A stretch of DNA of 63,314 bases, filler included, from Octopus bimaculoides (Eukaryota): assembly GCF_001194135.2 (NCBI RefSeq). It is 6 parts of 6 records of this genome, joined end to end, with 100 filler letters (N's around TTAATTAATTAA, not from the genome) between each part and the next. Parts side by side here need not be neighbours in the genome. Positions count along the whole stretch, not along the records: positions 16,484 to 41,807 come from NC_069002.1; positions 41,908 to 55,548 come from NC_068988.1; 4 more parts are not named here. One strand, written 5' to 3'. The translations under genes and the position numbers were made by a program. The notes beneath the pieces are model-generated. The model was not told where the DNA came from. It did not search any database and saw only the letters and a program-made list of their open reading frames with translations. Positions 36,288 to 49,431 of the stretch are shown here, in pieces. Every line of letters begins with the position of its first letter. Within the stretch, counting starts at the first letter, position 1.

Positions 36288-37103
36288 CGATCTCCGGCGA
36301 CTCTTGTTGATAATAACAGCTGTGGTCAGGTATCGAAGGATGTGAGGACAAACAGTTTGGATTGTATTCAGGTATGGAGGTTGATAAAGAAATAAATCTA
36401 CGAGTAGATCAAGGCCATCCAAATTGTTAAAAAACACAAACAAGGACCAGTGAACGAACCAGGTTCTTTGCTGTAAGGTCTGCAAGGCGGGCCAAAAAGC
36501 TGCATTGGTGTCGATATATTCCCTCAGCCTGTTTAGTTCCTCCAGAGCGGCATCGAAGTTTTGCAGAAGTATTTCTGATGCCAGGATACCCCATAATGTG
36601 TTGAGGTAGAATTTGTCGTTGGTTGGTAGAAGAATACGAACGAAATAGAGATATTGGCTGGTGAATTCGTAGTTGCCACATTCGAACTGGAACTTGGCGT
36701 AGTTGTACATATCTTCTGTAATATTCTTACTGATATCATGACGAGTGGTGAGATATTCATACAACTGGCTTCCATCTCTGAAGTTACTGATGGTTTTCAT
36801 TACTTCAGGATCATTCATGACTTCGGCGATTTTCTCAACCCGTTCCTTGAGTTTTTTGTCTTCGGCCAAGACACGGTTTAAGTTCTCGTGGTAACTTTTG
36901 GGGATGTCTTGCAACGGATACAGATCGTGATGAAGGGTTATGGCATAACGGGCCATTTTAGTTTTGCTGATAATCTCTAGTTTCCCTCGAATTAATTCTT
37001 TATTATCGTACACGTTGTTGTCGGACAGGAATTCCATGAATGGTAAAATGAGATGCCGGTCGAAATACTGTGACAAACGGTTAGTTAAATCAAATACTGC
37101 CAT
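36288..37103 (-). CDS. EIF3E: eIF3 subunit E (INT6) paralogue B, exon 1 of 2 (272 aa)
   Basis: Kozak-like gcaccATGG; DRHL motif and eIF3e core motifs; phase-0 donor TCG|GTGAGT at 36287, the same position as in copy A. Confidence 0.95.
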
Positions 37104-38254
37104 GGTGCTGTTGTTGTTGTTGTTGTTATGATTATTATTGTTATTATTAAGTGCTTTGTTTGTTTGATCAAATAAGGATGAAGAAAACTACAATCACATT
37201 GGAGAGGAAGAACAAAAGATTTCAAACTACTAGTCTCACAGAATCCTCAAGCTTTTTAAATATTCCGTCTTTTTTTTCTTTAAAAATATTCGTCTTTAAC
37301 AAAATAACTTCCGAGCCAAATGGTTTCCTGGCTAAATAAGTAAATCCTGGAGATATTTCAAGATGAAACTCGTTAAACTTTTCCAAGACGTGACACGATG
37401 ACATGAGAAGTCAAGCGCTTGTTGTAAGCTTATACAAAAACCGAAACGGTTACCAACACCGCTTAGTCATGTCTCACGAAGATATAAAAACAATTACAAT
37501 ATAATATTTATTGACGACATTTATTCTAAATAAACATAACTATTTAAATTTCGAATAAAGAAAATAAAATCTATTATACAGTTTTAAATTATATATATTA
37601 GACGTTATATTGATTTCGTTTCGTTTTTGCAAACACTGAATAAAGTTTATACTTTATACGTGCTGGGTTACATGTAAAACGCAAACATGCGCTTCCTGAA
37701 ACTTACATATAATAGTACATTTTTTTTCCGTATCCTTAATTTTTATTTATTCTAATTGCAGTGGAATCAAGTATATTAAATAAAAACATTTAAAGATTAA
37801 ATAAAAATAGATTCTTATTTTCTATTTATTGAAGTTTATATTGCATTATATCCGTTCCTTCTCTTCCTTCATGGTATATACGAAATTTCTTCGTGAACCG
37901 TGAATAAGACGGACAAATTATGGTTGTTTATCGAAATAAACACATAAATATAAAGACTTCCAGGAAAAATACAGTAAATTTAATAATAACGTATTTCATT
38001 TGGAAACAATTTAATAAAAAAACTATCAAACAATTTCGATGTTGTCTATTTTAATATCTGCACTTACGACATACAGCGAAGTTGATTAGTCGATGTTAAA
38101 CTATTTTTATCGGTTTTTTTTTTTTTTGTTTAACTCTATTTTGGAAATAAAAAATAACTAATATTTTATTCATAATAATATAGTAAATAAATATTTTGTT
38201 TAATCAATTGCTAATGTATTTTTGAAATATTGAAGCATTATATTATTATTTTTA

Positions 38255-38395
38255 ACTGTGCATTCTAATGCCGCTTATGGCGGGAGAAGCAACAGAAAAG
38301 TTGCCAGTCCTTGTTGCTTTCGTCTCGGTTACTTCCGGTCGCATTTCCCTTTAAAGAAGTTAACACTTTTGGCGCCATTTTTTAAAAAATATGCA
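38255..38395. promoter_or_regulatory. Candidate housekeeping-type, possibly bidirectional promoter
   Basis: CpG-containing patch in AT-rich DNA with ETS-like ACTTCCGGT (38331-38339) and YY1-like CGCCATTTT (38373-38381), between divergently oriented ATGs at 37103 and 39451. Confidence 0.45.
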
Positions 38396-38462
38396 TATAT
38401 ATTTATATGTATATCTATAAATATCTATCTATCTATATAATACATACATACACACATATTCG

Positions 38463-38830
38463 TTTACCTGTTTCAGTCATTTGACTGCGGCCATGCTGAA
38501 GCACCGCCTTTAGTCGAACAAATCGACCCAAGGACTTATTATTTGTAAGCCTAGTACTTATTCTATTGGTTTCTTTTTGCCGAACCGCTAGTTCACAGGG
38601 ACGTAAATACACCAACATCGGTTGTCAAGCGATGGTGGGAGGACAAATAGACACTAATGCATACATACATCTCTCTCTCTCTCTCTTTATATATATATAT
38701 ATTTCAGTTTCCATATACCAAATCCACTCACAAGGCTTTGATAGGTCTAAGGCTATGATAAATGACACTTGCCCAAGGTCTCACGTGGTGAGACTGAACC
38801 CAGAACCATGTGGTTGGGAAGCAAGCTTCT
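38463..38830 (-). mobile_element. SINE family A
   Basis: Reverse complement of the family-A consensus. Confidence 0.9.
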
Positions 38831-38957
38831 TTATTTCATCAGATTAGCCATAAAGGGTTTACATTGATAGAAGCATTTGCGGGCTGGACAAAACAGAAAT
38901 GAGATGAATGATAAATAAAATATATGATATTGATGAGCGAAGGCAAACGACACCTGC

Positions 38958-39083
38958 CGATCACATGGTTCCGGGTTCAGTCCCACTGCGTGGCACATTG
39001 GGCAAGTGTCTTCTACTATAGCCTCGGGCCGACCAAAGCCTTGTGAGTGGATTTGGTAGACGGAAACTGAAAGAAGCCGGTCG

Positions 39084-39136
<53 letters not shown>

Positions 39137-39335
39137 GTTTGTGTGTCTGAGTTTGTCCCCACCAACATCGCTTGACAACCGATGCTGGTGTGTTTAGGTC
39201 CCCGTAACTTAGCGGTTCGGCAAAAAGAGACCGATAGAATAAGTACTAGGCTTACAAAAGAATAAGTCCTGGGGTCGATTTGATTCGACTAAAGGCGGTG
39301 CTCCAGCATGGCCACAGTCAAATGACTGAAATAAA
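38958..39335 (+). mobile_element. SINE family A (5' truncated)
   Basis: cacatggttccgggttcagtcccactgcgtggc...ggtgctccagcatggccacagtcaaatgactgaaa. Confidence 0.9.
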
Positions 39336-39450
39336 TTTAAAAAAAAACATTTTTCATCAGTTTCAATAGCGCCAAAATCACATTTCCAATCATAGCTAGA
39401 GTTGCCTCCCTTGGAGGCTTGCGGTAAATTTGAAAAAGATTTTTCAAAAA

Positions 39451-39672
39451 ATGGCTAACGTTGAATGTTATTTTGATACAATGACAGCAGACCCAGCATC
39501 AGCGAAACAACCTGATTCTGTAAAGGACTCTGATGACCCTACGAAGACCCTTAAAGATTGTCGCAATCAAATGAATACATGTAAAAGCGACGATTATCCT
39601 CCTAAGGTTGCGTATATCTTCAATGATTCTCTGCTACAATGGTCAAACTTCGGTTTAAAAGTTCGACAAAGA
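39451..39672 (+). CDS. Candidate first coding exon, possibly HDAC8-like class I deacetylase
   Basis: aaaaATGG start, 74 open codons, strong phase-0 donor AGA|GTAAGT at 39673. The end AYIFNDSLLQWSNFGLKVRQR aligns without gaps to human HDAC8 [21 protein letters not shown], where I recall the first intron also lies. Low identity; no later exon found. Confidence 0.4.
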
Positions 39673-40833
39673 GTAAGTTGCTCAAGGATTTATTTCACTT
39701 CCTTTTTTTTTCCTGTTATTTAATATTGAATGGAGACAGGATTGTTTTGAAAAGTGAAGAAAAAAAGATATACAGTTCCATTTCATGTAGATCTTTACCC
39801 TATCAAGCTACATTCGCAACTTATTTACAAAATACAAGGCGTACCTACACAATTGTGCCCCTCTCGACTTTGTTTCCTCATAACACTCAGAATGGATATT
39901 TTTAAATGGAATTTTCTATAAATATTTTTTCAGATGTTGTAGATTACGATTATATCGGAATTTAATGTAGAAAACAAATAACTTGTGGGTACGCACACAT
40001 ACATACTGACACACCTCACAACATTGGTCGATATAATTTTCAAAATTTCAAGAATTATTTCTTATATTTAATTGTTTATGTGGTGGAGATGGAGTATATG
40101 TAATCTGGGTATACCCCCACTTTTAAATTTTGTTTTTTTTACGGAATCATATGTTTCAGACCATGGAGAATCCGATTCTGGAAAANNNNNNNNNNNNNNN
40201 NNNNNNNNNNNNNNNNNNNNNNNNNNNNNNNNNNNNNNNNNNNNNNNNNNNNNNNNNNNNNNNNNNNNNNNNNNNNNNNNNNNNNNNNNNNNNNNNNNNN
40301 NNNNNNNNNNNNNNNNNNNNNNNNNNNNNNNNNNNNNNNNNNNNNNNNNNNNNNNNNNNNNNNNNNNNNNNNNNNNNNNNNNNNNNNNNNNNNNNNNNNN
40401 NNNNNNNNNNNNNNNNNNNNNNNNNNNNNNNNNNNNNNNNNNNNNNNNNNNNNNNNNNNNNNNNNNNNNNNNNNNNNNNNNNNNNNNNNNNNNNNNNNNN
40501 NNNNNNNNNNNNNNNNNNNNNNNNNNNNNNNNNNNNNNNNNNNNNNNNNNNNNNNNNNNNNNNNNNNNNNNNNNNNNNNNNNNNNNNNNNNNNNNNNNNN
40601 NNNNNNNNNNNNNNNNNNNNNNNNNNNNNNNNNNNNNNNNNNNNNNNNNNNNNNNNNNNNNNNNNNNNNNNNNNNNNNNNNNNNNNNNNNNNNNNNNNNN
40701 NNNNNNNNNNNNNNNNNNNNNNNNNNNNNNNNNNNNNNNNNNNNNNNNNNNNNNNNNNNNNNNNNNNNNNNNNNNNNNNNNNNNNNNNNNNNNNNNNNNN
40801 NNNNNNNNNNNNNNNNNNNNNNNNNNNNNNNNN

Positions 40834-41050
40834 TCTTATATTTTATTGTTTATGTTATGATTTTATTTACTCCATGTCTCCACATGGGGATTAACACATA
40901 CTTTAAGAAATTATTATTTCTTATATTTAATTGTTTATGTTATGATTTTATTTACTCCATGTACCCACATGGGGATTAACACATACTTTAAGAAATTATT
41001 ATTTCTTATATTTAATTGTTTATGTTATGATTTTATTTACTCCATGTACC
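40834..41050. repeat. 85-bp tandem repeat (~2.5 copies, probably continuing into the gap)
   Basis: tcttatattt.attgtttatg at 40834, 40919 and 41004; the same start is also at ~40059, before the gap. Confidence 0.9.
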
Positions 41051-41652
41051 CAGACCTTGTGGACACTGTAGATGTGTCGGGACCTTTATATTTAAGTAGT
41101 ACTCAAAATAACAGCTAAATCGCCCTTAAATCACACACACACAATTTCTTTTTTCTGCATAATTATATGAATTCCCATGTGTAGAACACAAATTCACAAA
41201 TAGTTTCTGGAAATTCCAAAAACTAGAAAAGTTACAAGGGGTTTTATGGGGTACTAAAAGCAGAATTCCTCCTTATTGTGAAAGATCGTCCTGTCATCAT
41301 CCTTAGGCCAGGCAGGACAGGCAGGCAGTTGTTAACTTGTTTGGTGGCCTTGCTAAAAGAGGATGGATGTGACTGAGAAGGCTGAAGACAGGCACCTTTC
41401 TCTTTGGTCAAGTCTTCATAAACTTTTGAAAAGGAAAAATGTGAGTGGAGAAAGTGATACTGCCCCTCCTGGTCAGTTTATTGATAAGTGGATGAGAGTG
41501 GCGAGAATGGCCCAAGTGAGTGAGCATACTCCGGATATGCACCATGTGCTGCCATCTGTTGGCACGCTACAGAACTAGTCCGAGAAATTTTTGATACCAC
41601 CTTGTGTATCGTCTTTATAAGGTGGCTAGCTGGCAAAATTGTTAATTTGTCA

Positions 41653-41807
41653 GATAAAAATGCTTATGGACATTTCTTCTGGCTTATTGATAAAATGCTT
41701 ATGGACATTTCTTCTGGCTTATTGATAAAATGCTTATGGACATTTCTTCTGGCTTATTGATAAAATGCTTATGGACATTTCTTCTGGCTTATTGATAAAA
41801 TGCTTAT
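41653..41807. repeat. 35-bp perfect tandem repeat (>=4 copies, runs into gap)
   Basis: Unit tgcttatggacatttcttctggcttattgataaaa, no spacers. Confidence 0.95.
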
Positions 41808-42164
41808 NNNNNNNNNNNNNNNNNNNNNNNNNNNNNNNNNNNNNNNNNNNNTTAATTAATTAANNNNNNNNNNNNNNNNNNNNNNNNNNNNNNNNNNNNN
41901 NNNNNNNTATATATATATATATATATAATTATATACAAGTATATATATATATATATAAAAATATACAAGTATATATATATATATATAAAAATATACAAGT
42001 ATATATATATATATATTTATAATTATATACAAGTATATATATAATTATATACAGTTATATATATATATATATATATATATGTGTGGGAAAATTTCGGATA
42101 TATGTATATACATTTATATATATTTAACATTTTGCATTTCCTTGTAATTAGCATGTGCATATTA

Positions 42165-42380
42165 AGGCGGAAAGCTGACAGAATCGTTAGTATGCCGTGT
42201 AAAATGTTCAACGGTTTCGTCAGTCTTTATGTTCTGAGTTCAAATTCTGCCGAGGTCGACGTTGCCTTTCATCCTTCTGGGATCGATAAAATATGCACTA
42301 GTTGTTTACTGGGGTTGATATAGTCGACTTACCTTGCTGTTCCGAAAATGCTGGCCTTGTACCAAAATATGAAATTAATT
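42165..42380 (+). mobile_element. SINE family B
   Basis: aaggcggaaagctgacagaatcgttag...gttctgagttcaaattctgccgaggtcgac. Confidence 0.85.
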
Positions 42381-43266
42381 TATAAGTGCATATTTACACA
42401 ATCAAGGCGGATAAAAGTGGAGTTTAGCCAGTACGTCTATATGAAATCCAGGGCGGGAGCTAATATGTGGTTTCTAATTATACAGAACACATTTCTAAAC
42501 AAAATACTCTGTAACTTTGAATTTTGAGAGTAGCCCCACCTCACCCAGGAACCGAAAGTAGTTTTGTTCGGCTTTAACAAATTTCTCTCAGCGGCCTTTG
42601 TGTGTACTTATAAATATATCACATCGTTTGTATCCAAGCATCTATTTAGTTGTGTGGAGATGTGTGCTGTGTATGAATGAATTACAAAGATTCTTGTATG
42701 TTTTATTCCATTGATAATGATCTCATAAACAAAATATAGACATCGTCGAAATAGAGTCATGTGTTAGTGTCATAAATACAAGCATCCATTCAACAAAAGC
42801 CACAGTTTACATATCCAAAATGTCAGATGCTGCATTTAATCTGTTATTTGATCAGCATGTTACTATAAAATAACTTAATGAGATATACACGCCATAGAAT
42901 CCCATCCATTAACAACTTGACATTTGGGGGCAGAGGGGGGAATTATTTAGGTCAATTTCTTTTAATCACGTTATTTCAACACGGGCCTTAATATATTTAG
43001 ATATTTAATTTACCCTAATCATGTGATTGATTAAGATCATTAGTGGAGTGTGTTTTATTTTGTATTTCTTTTTCATTTGAGTTGCTTTTTTTTCTTTCTA
43101 ATAATTGATCAAAATGAAATTACTGCTTTAATGAAATTGTCTACACACATATATATATATATAGATATAGATATAAGTATGTATATGTATGTATGTATGT
43201 CAGTCTGTCTCTGTATGTGTACACGTATGTATATCAACAAGCATATATACAAGATATACTTATGCG

Positions 43267-43317
<51 letters not shown>

Positions 43318-44074
43318 GTGTATACACATATATAAGTACATATATATACATATATATGTGTGTGTGTGTGGTCGATAATGTTTACAACACTAGCACTGCT
43401 TCTAATTCATATTTGAAAATATGTGTGTGTCTGCGTGCGTGTGTCTGCGTGTGTGTGTGTCTGCGTGTGTGTGTAATAGCTTAACTATTATAGAAAATTT
43501 GTGAAATATATTCTCACATGCGAACCTAGGTGAAGGTTTTGTGGTGAGGGGTAATTATAACGCATTAAGGAGAACCGTTAATTTTTAATTCATTGATTTT
43601 AGTTTACGTTTAGTTTACTTTTACCGTATTTTCTATATTATTCATCCATGAAGATCACTGAATTGGTAGAAACTGTAGAGTCATGCATAAAATGTTTCGA
43701 GATGTTCCATACATACTTCTTGCGCATTCCACATTTTGAATACCGCTGAAGTCGATTTTGTCTTTTTATTTTTCTCTAGGCTCGATAATATTTGGGTACC
43801 AGTCAGATGTTTGGTCCATAACATTGACTGTCCTCGTAATATCTGCGTGTCACGATGTAGCGTGGAGACCTCATGGAACTTCATTCAGTCATCATTTTCC
43901 CAGGCGGTGCTTATGTCAACTAAGAACGTACATTAGCAAAAGGCACACGTACACGCACATACACACGCCCCTCCGATGTGTGTGCGTGTGTTTATCTCTT
44001 TGTGTGTGTGTGTGTGTGTGTGTGTCCGTCCATATAGAAATATGTATCACAATGGATATCCGACATTTCACAAC

Positions 44075-44936
44075 TATCAAGTTGTCAAGAAAGTTCTTGC
44101 GGTTTTTAGCCTTTAAATTCAGATGCACATATCTCGGCTCAAACAAACTTTATCAATCGAAATAAACACCATTAGAATTAACGCACTTTTGCCAACGCGA
44201 AACAAGTTTATTTATGCCAGTAGCGGAAAAACTCTGCGTTCTGGTGGCGATGAAGTCGTTGAAGGCTTGTTTGGCATTGTCTTGGTTTTTGAAGCATTTC
44301 TCGCGCAGGAAGTTGTCGAGATGCTTGAAAAAGTGGTATTTAGTAGGTGAGAGGTCTAGTGAGCATGGCGGATGATGCAGAATTGCGTAAAAGAATGGAA
44401 GACGACACTTCAAAACGGCGTTTCTTTTTCTTTTTTCTTTTTTTTTTGCGTGGGGGTGGTCGTTCAGTTCGTTGAACTTTTGTTTTTCCAATCTCTTTCA
44501 AGTGGTTGAAAATTGTTGTATACGTTTCGTCTAATTCAGAAGCAAGCTCTCGAACAGTTATGCGTAGATTGGCTTCCACTAAGGCTCTCAGTTGATCGTT
44601 GTCAACATCCGATGGCCGACCACTACGCTTATCTTCTTCAAGACTCTCGTCACCGCTACGAAATTTCTTGAACTATCATTGTGCTGTACGTTCATTAGTG
44701 TTTCCTGGGCCAAATGAAATTGTGTGGATTTACTTTTTTTTCCATATTGTATTCAACGTTCCGGAAAAAATGGCCTAACTATACAAAAAGAAAAAGAGTA
44801 ACACGATTAGATAGGGCGAAAAATGGGATTTAAAATGATATGTAATGTGGAAGTAATTTAACGAAAATTAATTTGAAAATACATCATTTATAACCAAAAT
44901 TTAAAATTCCTCAAGAACTTTCTTGGCAACCTAACA
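44075..44936 (-). mobile_element. Internally deleted mariner (Mos1/Hsmar-type) transposon with both TIRs
   Basis: N-terminal HTH KKFRSGDESLEEDKRSGRPS and C-terminal HPPCSLDLSPTKYHFF...RWQKCVNSNGVYFD; most of the catalytic core is missing. TIRs tatcaagttgtcaagaaagttcttgcgg (44075) and cctcaagaactttcttggcaacctaaca (~44909-44936). Confidence 0.9.
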
Positions 44937-45135
44937 AATCACTTGTTCCAGAATTAGCTTGTATGTATGTGGGAATTTTATAGATATGCAAGTCAGAGTG
45001 ACCGCGTGACAAGTGCCTCTTTTGGAATACATTTACAATCCACTTAACCGGCTTCTGTACAGATTTAACTATTTCTAAACTCATATTTCTAAACTCGTGT
45101 ATATTTCTAAACTATTTCTAAATTCATATATATTA

Positions 45136-45660
45136 CGGCGGCGTGCTGGCAGAATCGTTACCCCAGCTGGCAAAAGGCTAAGCAGCATTTCATCCAACTT
45201 TAGGTGCTGAGTTCGAATTCCGCCAAGGTCGACTTTACCTTGAATCCTTTCGGGGTTATATATATATATATATATAGTCCCAGCCGTGTCCTTGAGCTTA
45301 GATATTTTCCTTACAAATACATGAATCCGATTGCCTGGCACATTCGGCAAGTGTCTGGCACCTTCTACTATAACCTCTTGCTAACCAAAGTCTTTGGAGT
45401 GGATTAGGTAGGTGGAAGCTGAAAGAAGGCTGTGATATATATATATATATATAACTGTTTATCTATGTCTTTGTGTATGTGTTCGTCCCTCACCACTGCT
45501 TGACAACCATTGTTGATGTGTCTCGGCAAAACAGACCGATAGAATAAGTATCGGTCATTACAAAACGCTTGTAATTCCTGGACTGGATAAGTTCGACAAA
45601 AAATCTTCAAGGCAGTGCCCCAACATAGCTGTAGCTTAATAACTGAAACAAGTAAAAGAT
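45136..45660 (+). mobile_element. Diverged SINE family-B 5' half followed by a diverged family-A copy
   Basis: ggcggcgtgctggcagaatcgtt (45136) and acagaccgatagaataagta...actgaaacaagtaaaaga (to 45660). Confidence 0.7.
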
Positions 45661-46333
45661 ATATACGTCTCTGATGAGCAGCTTTTGAATATTTACTTAT
45701 AGGTGGACGAGTTCTGAGTTTTGACGAGTTTCGGAGTTTCGGTAAATTTGACGAGTTTGGGTAAATAAAAGCATTTCTTGTAGGAACCGTAATATTTCCT
45801 ACATACTTTTACTAATGATACAAATTTTACACTTTCTTAAAGATTATATTTATTGCTTGTCTCTAAAACCTATCTTGATATAAAACCTAGTTAAAGGGTG
45901 TTAGCTTCGAAAATTCATTCACCAGTTTCGACATCTTATACGTTACAAAGATCATTAGTTTTTAATCGCACAAATCCTTGTTTCCTTCATCTCTCTATTT
46001 AAGCAATATTATTCAATTATATCTATTAATATGGTTATTAAATTTATATTCACTTTTTAAAATTTATTTACTAATGATTTCAGAAATCTGTTGAAATCAA
46101 ATTCCATCACTTGCTTATATTGTGATGCTTCAGAGTAAGCTTAACCTACATAGATTCTTATCACTAAAGAACAACTTGAAAAAATATGTGCAGGTGAATT
46201 GTATGGTATCTGCGAAATATCAGAAAATGTCAAAAGGTCGTTCTATAAGCAATTTTAATCTGCACAGCTTACACGCATAAATATATGTATGACATGGATA
46301 CATCAACTTAACCACATATATATATATAAACAT

Positions 46334-46390
<57 letters not shown>

Positions 46391-46627
46391 TGCATGTATG
46401 TATGTATGTAAACACGCATTCAAAATCATTTCGGACACCCAAGGGACCTGATATTTATGCATAAACCCAGTAAGCAGGTTGTTATGGTTACAGAACATAG
46501 ACAAACGCAAAAAGGATCATTAAAGAAAGAAAGAAAGAAAGAAAGAAAGAAATAGAAGCATTGGAGAATTTCAACAATAACTACAATATCAACAAGCGGT
46601 TGCTACAATGAATATTATTAATAAATA

Positions 46628-46860
46628 ACTAGCGAGACCCGTGAATATTTCATGGAATTAATGATAAAATTATTGGGTTATTTATGAAAACTTTATTCAA
46701 AAAAACCTGAAAACGTAGCCTGTGGTGTGTCTATATCAATATATATTCGCTCATCTGCAAATCATTGCAAAGTGAAAGAAACTGGAATACGATGATTACT
46801 TAATGCACTTTATATATGCCTTTTATATACTTTATGCATAATTTTATAGACTTAATATAC
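46628..46860 (+). mobile_element. Possible non-autonomous Helitron/Helentron-like element
   Basis: Starts actagcgagacccg and contains aaaacgtagcct, reminiscent of HINE-type elements; from memory only. Confidence 0.3.
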
Positions 46861-47174
46861 CGCACTCTCCCTCTTTCTCTCTGACTCTTCGACTTACCCT
46901 CTTTTTTCTCATTCATTTTTCTTTCGCTCTTCGCCTTTCCTTTCAACTAATCACGTGAAAACGTTACAGACGGGTTAAGTAACGAAGAACAAAAACTTTG
47001 TTACACATTTCACACACCACAACCTCCCTCTCTCCTTCCCTGTCCCTTCCCTATCTCCCCCAACCCCTCCCCAAATTCCACCCACCTCACATCCCTCCTC
47101 TCACCCTTCAACTAATCTTTTGGAAGCGTTACGAACGGGCTAAGTAACAGAGTACCAAGCAGAATTATAAGATT

Positions 47175-47390
47175 CTTTCTTCCTCAGGCACAAAGCCAGT
47201 TATTTTTCTAGCGGGGGTAGAATAGTCGATTACAACGACCCCCAATGCTCAACTGGTACTTACATATCAACTGGTACTTACATTATGAAACGTAAAGTCG
47301 ACCTCAGCGATGTAAAACCGGAAGAAATGGCGCTTAGCATTTGTCGGACATGTTAAATAAACAATTCTGGCAGTTCGCCGGCCTAACATT
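47175..47390 (-). mobile_element. SINE family B, diverged
   Basis: aactggtactta...aaagtcgacctcagcg...aattctggcagttcgccggcct. Confidence 0.7.
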
Positions 47391-48342
47391 GTCAATGAAT
47401 AACAAATGCAATACATCAAATGAATTGAAACAATGAGAATTGACGTCTCTTCAATTGAAAAGTAAGAATAAAATATCAACTATGATTCATGTATAATTAA
47501 TATTACACGTTGACCGCTTTTTCTGTGCCTTTGTTTTAGTTCAAAGTTATTTATTTAAAATGATGATTGGTTACTGCACTTTTGTTGTGTACATTCACTC
47601 GTTTAAACCCTTTTCTTCTTGTTCTTTTCTCTTCTGAAGTGCAATAGTATAGGTTCCTTCCCCTTACAGGAGAAAATCAGACTTAGGTTGCTTCCTTATT
47701 TTACCTGAATGAAACTGCCCACAGTATTTATATATATATAATTTCAAGGATATAAATATCTCTTAAGAGGATGTCAGCATCCAAGTTCCCCAGTTTTATT
47801 CAGTGTATCAGTGAAATACTAAAAGATGTTAGCTTCACATTCGTGTATATGGGTATGTTATCATTTGCATATAAGAAAAAGAAGAAAATGGAGAAATTGA
47901 CATATAGACATCAATCTATTGAAACAAATCTGACTTCGAACAATATCAAACTCGTAGAACCTACAATTGTTTCCATATCGAATCAATTCATTCAAATTAG
48001 AAAAATTAAATAAAAGATTTATATTGGATTATAGTTAATTGAACAGTTTGTCAGGTGAATTTAATGCTGTATGTATCAATGATATATCAACACATTAGAG
48101 TGCAGTTCATTTTCCTGTCAAGTTCTGACCCTGACGAAATGTTCAATTAGCTATGATTCAATATTAGTCTTTAATTTAATTTTTCTAATTTGAATTAATT
48201 GATTCGACATGGAAACAATGTAAGGTCCTATGAGTTTGATATTGTTCGAATTGGGATTTATTTCAATATATTGCTGTCTATATGCCAATCTCTCTATTTT
48301 TCTTCTTATTATATATAGGTATGCGTGTGTATNNNNNNNNNN

Positions 48343-48386
<44 letters not shown>

Positions 48387-49392
48387 GGGAACAGTTCTTG
48401 GCTTTAAGGTGTCACGAAAGTCCTGCTTGAAGGCCCAAACTTCCGAGCTCTTTTAAGGAGCTTAAAAAAGCTGACAGACTGCTTCAATAGGTGCATGAAT
48501 CTGATAGGGGAATATGTTGAATAAAATTATAGTTTAGTGATCCTCCTGTATATTCTTTGACCCAAAGCCAGAAACAAAATTAGATAGATAGATAGGTAGG
48601 TAGGTAGGTGTGTGGGTTTGTGGATGGATGGATAGATCATATATAAATCGTAATTAGACTGTTGCAGTGAAAATGGTACACCCCATCCCACGTAACAAAG
48701 TGGTGTAACTCAAATATAATAAAACGCGGAATACCGCCACGACATCTTAGTGGCGACAAGAATATTACAGTGCCGACAACAACATACAAATGGACGGAGA
48801 TCCACTCTATAACATATACTTTATTCTTTTTCTGTTGGATGTAGTTTAAATGAAAATCTTAAATTCGATCGCATGAAGAATTTGCATAGTTTCTCCAGAA
48901 ATATTCATGTTTCTCTTCAAGGTAGTTGGAAATGATTGAAACAAACGTCCATAACCTTTTGAGTTTTATTGGGCATTCATAGACATTCTCTAGTCTACTG
49001 GCCTTTTAACTTAGTTCAAAGAATCTATTTCCACAAATTTGATATTTTGAATAATATATTCCGATAAAAGTATTTGTACGACATTCAATATCCTCCACTG
49101 AAAAAGTTTAACAATAAATACTTCCTTTCTAAAATGCTATAGTGACATTTCTTAACTTATCATCGAAACAAGGATTAATTCACTTCCTGTATTTAGCAGA
49201 CAATGTTTTCCATGATACTTACAACTCCATGGGAAATATATTGAAATATTTCAAACATAATACACTACAAAACGTGCTCAGGAACAGAAATACGTGTATG
49301 TGCGTTTCGTTATATAATCTTGTAGGAACATTTATATATTTTTAGCATATGAAACTTTTTCTAAAGTTCCTACATATATGTGTGTGTATTAC

Positions 49393-49431
<39 letters not shown>

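Noticed and set aside
41653-41807. 35-bp direct repeats as a CRISPR array
   Set aside because: The units are contiguous with no spacers, the context is eukaryotic, and there are no cas genes.
43778-43900. Strong acceptor followed by GYQSDVWSITLTV, resembling kinase subdomain IX
   Set aside because: No other kinase motifs are nearby. The opposite strand looks more like a decayed RTE C-terminus (WTKHLT..WYP).
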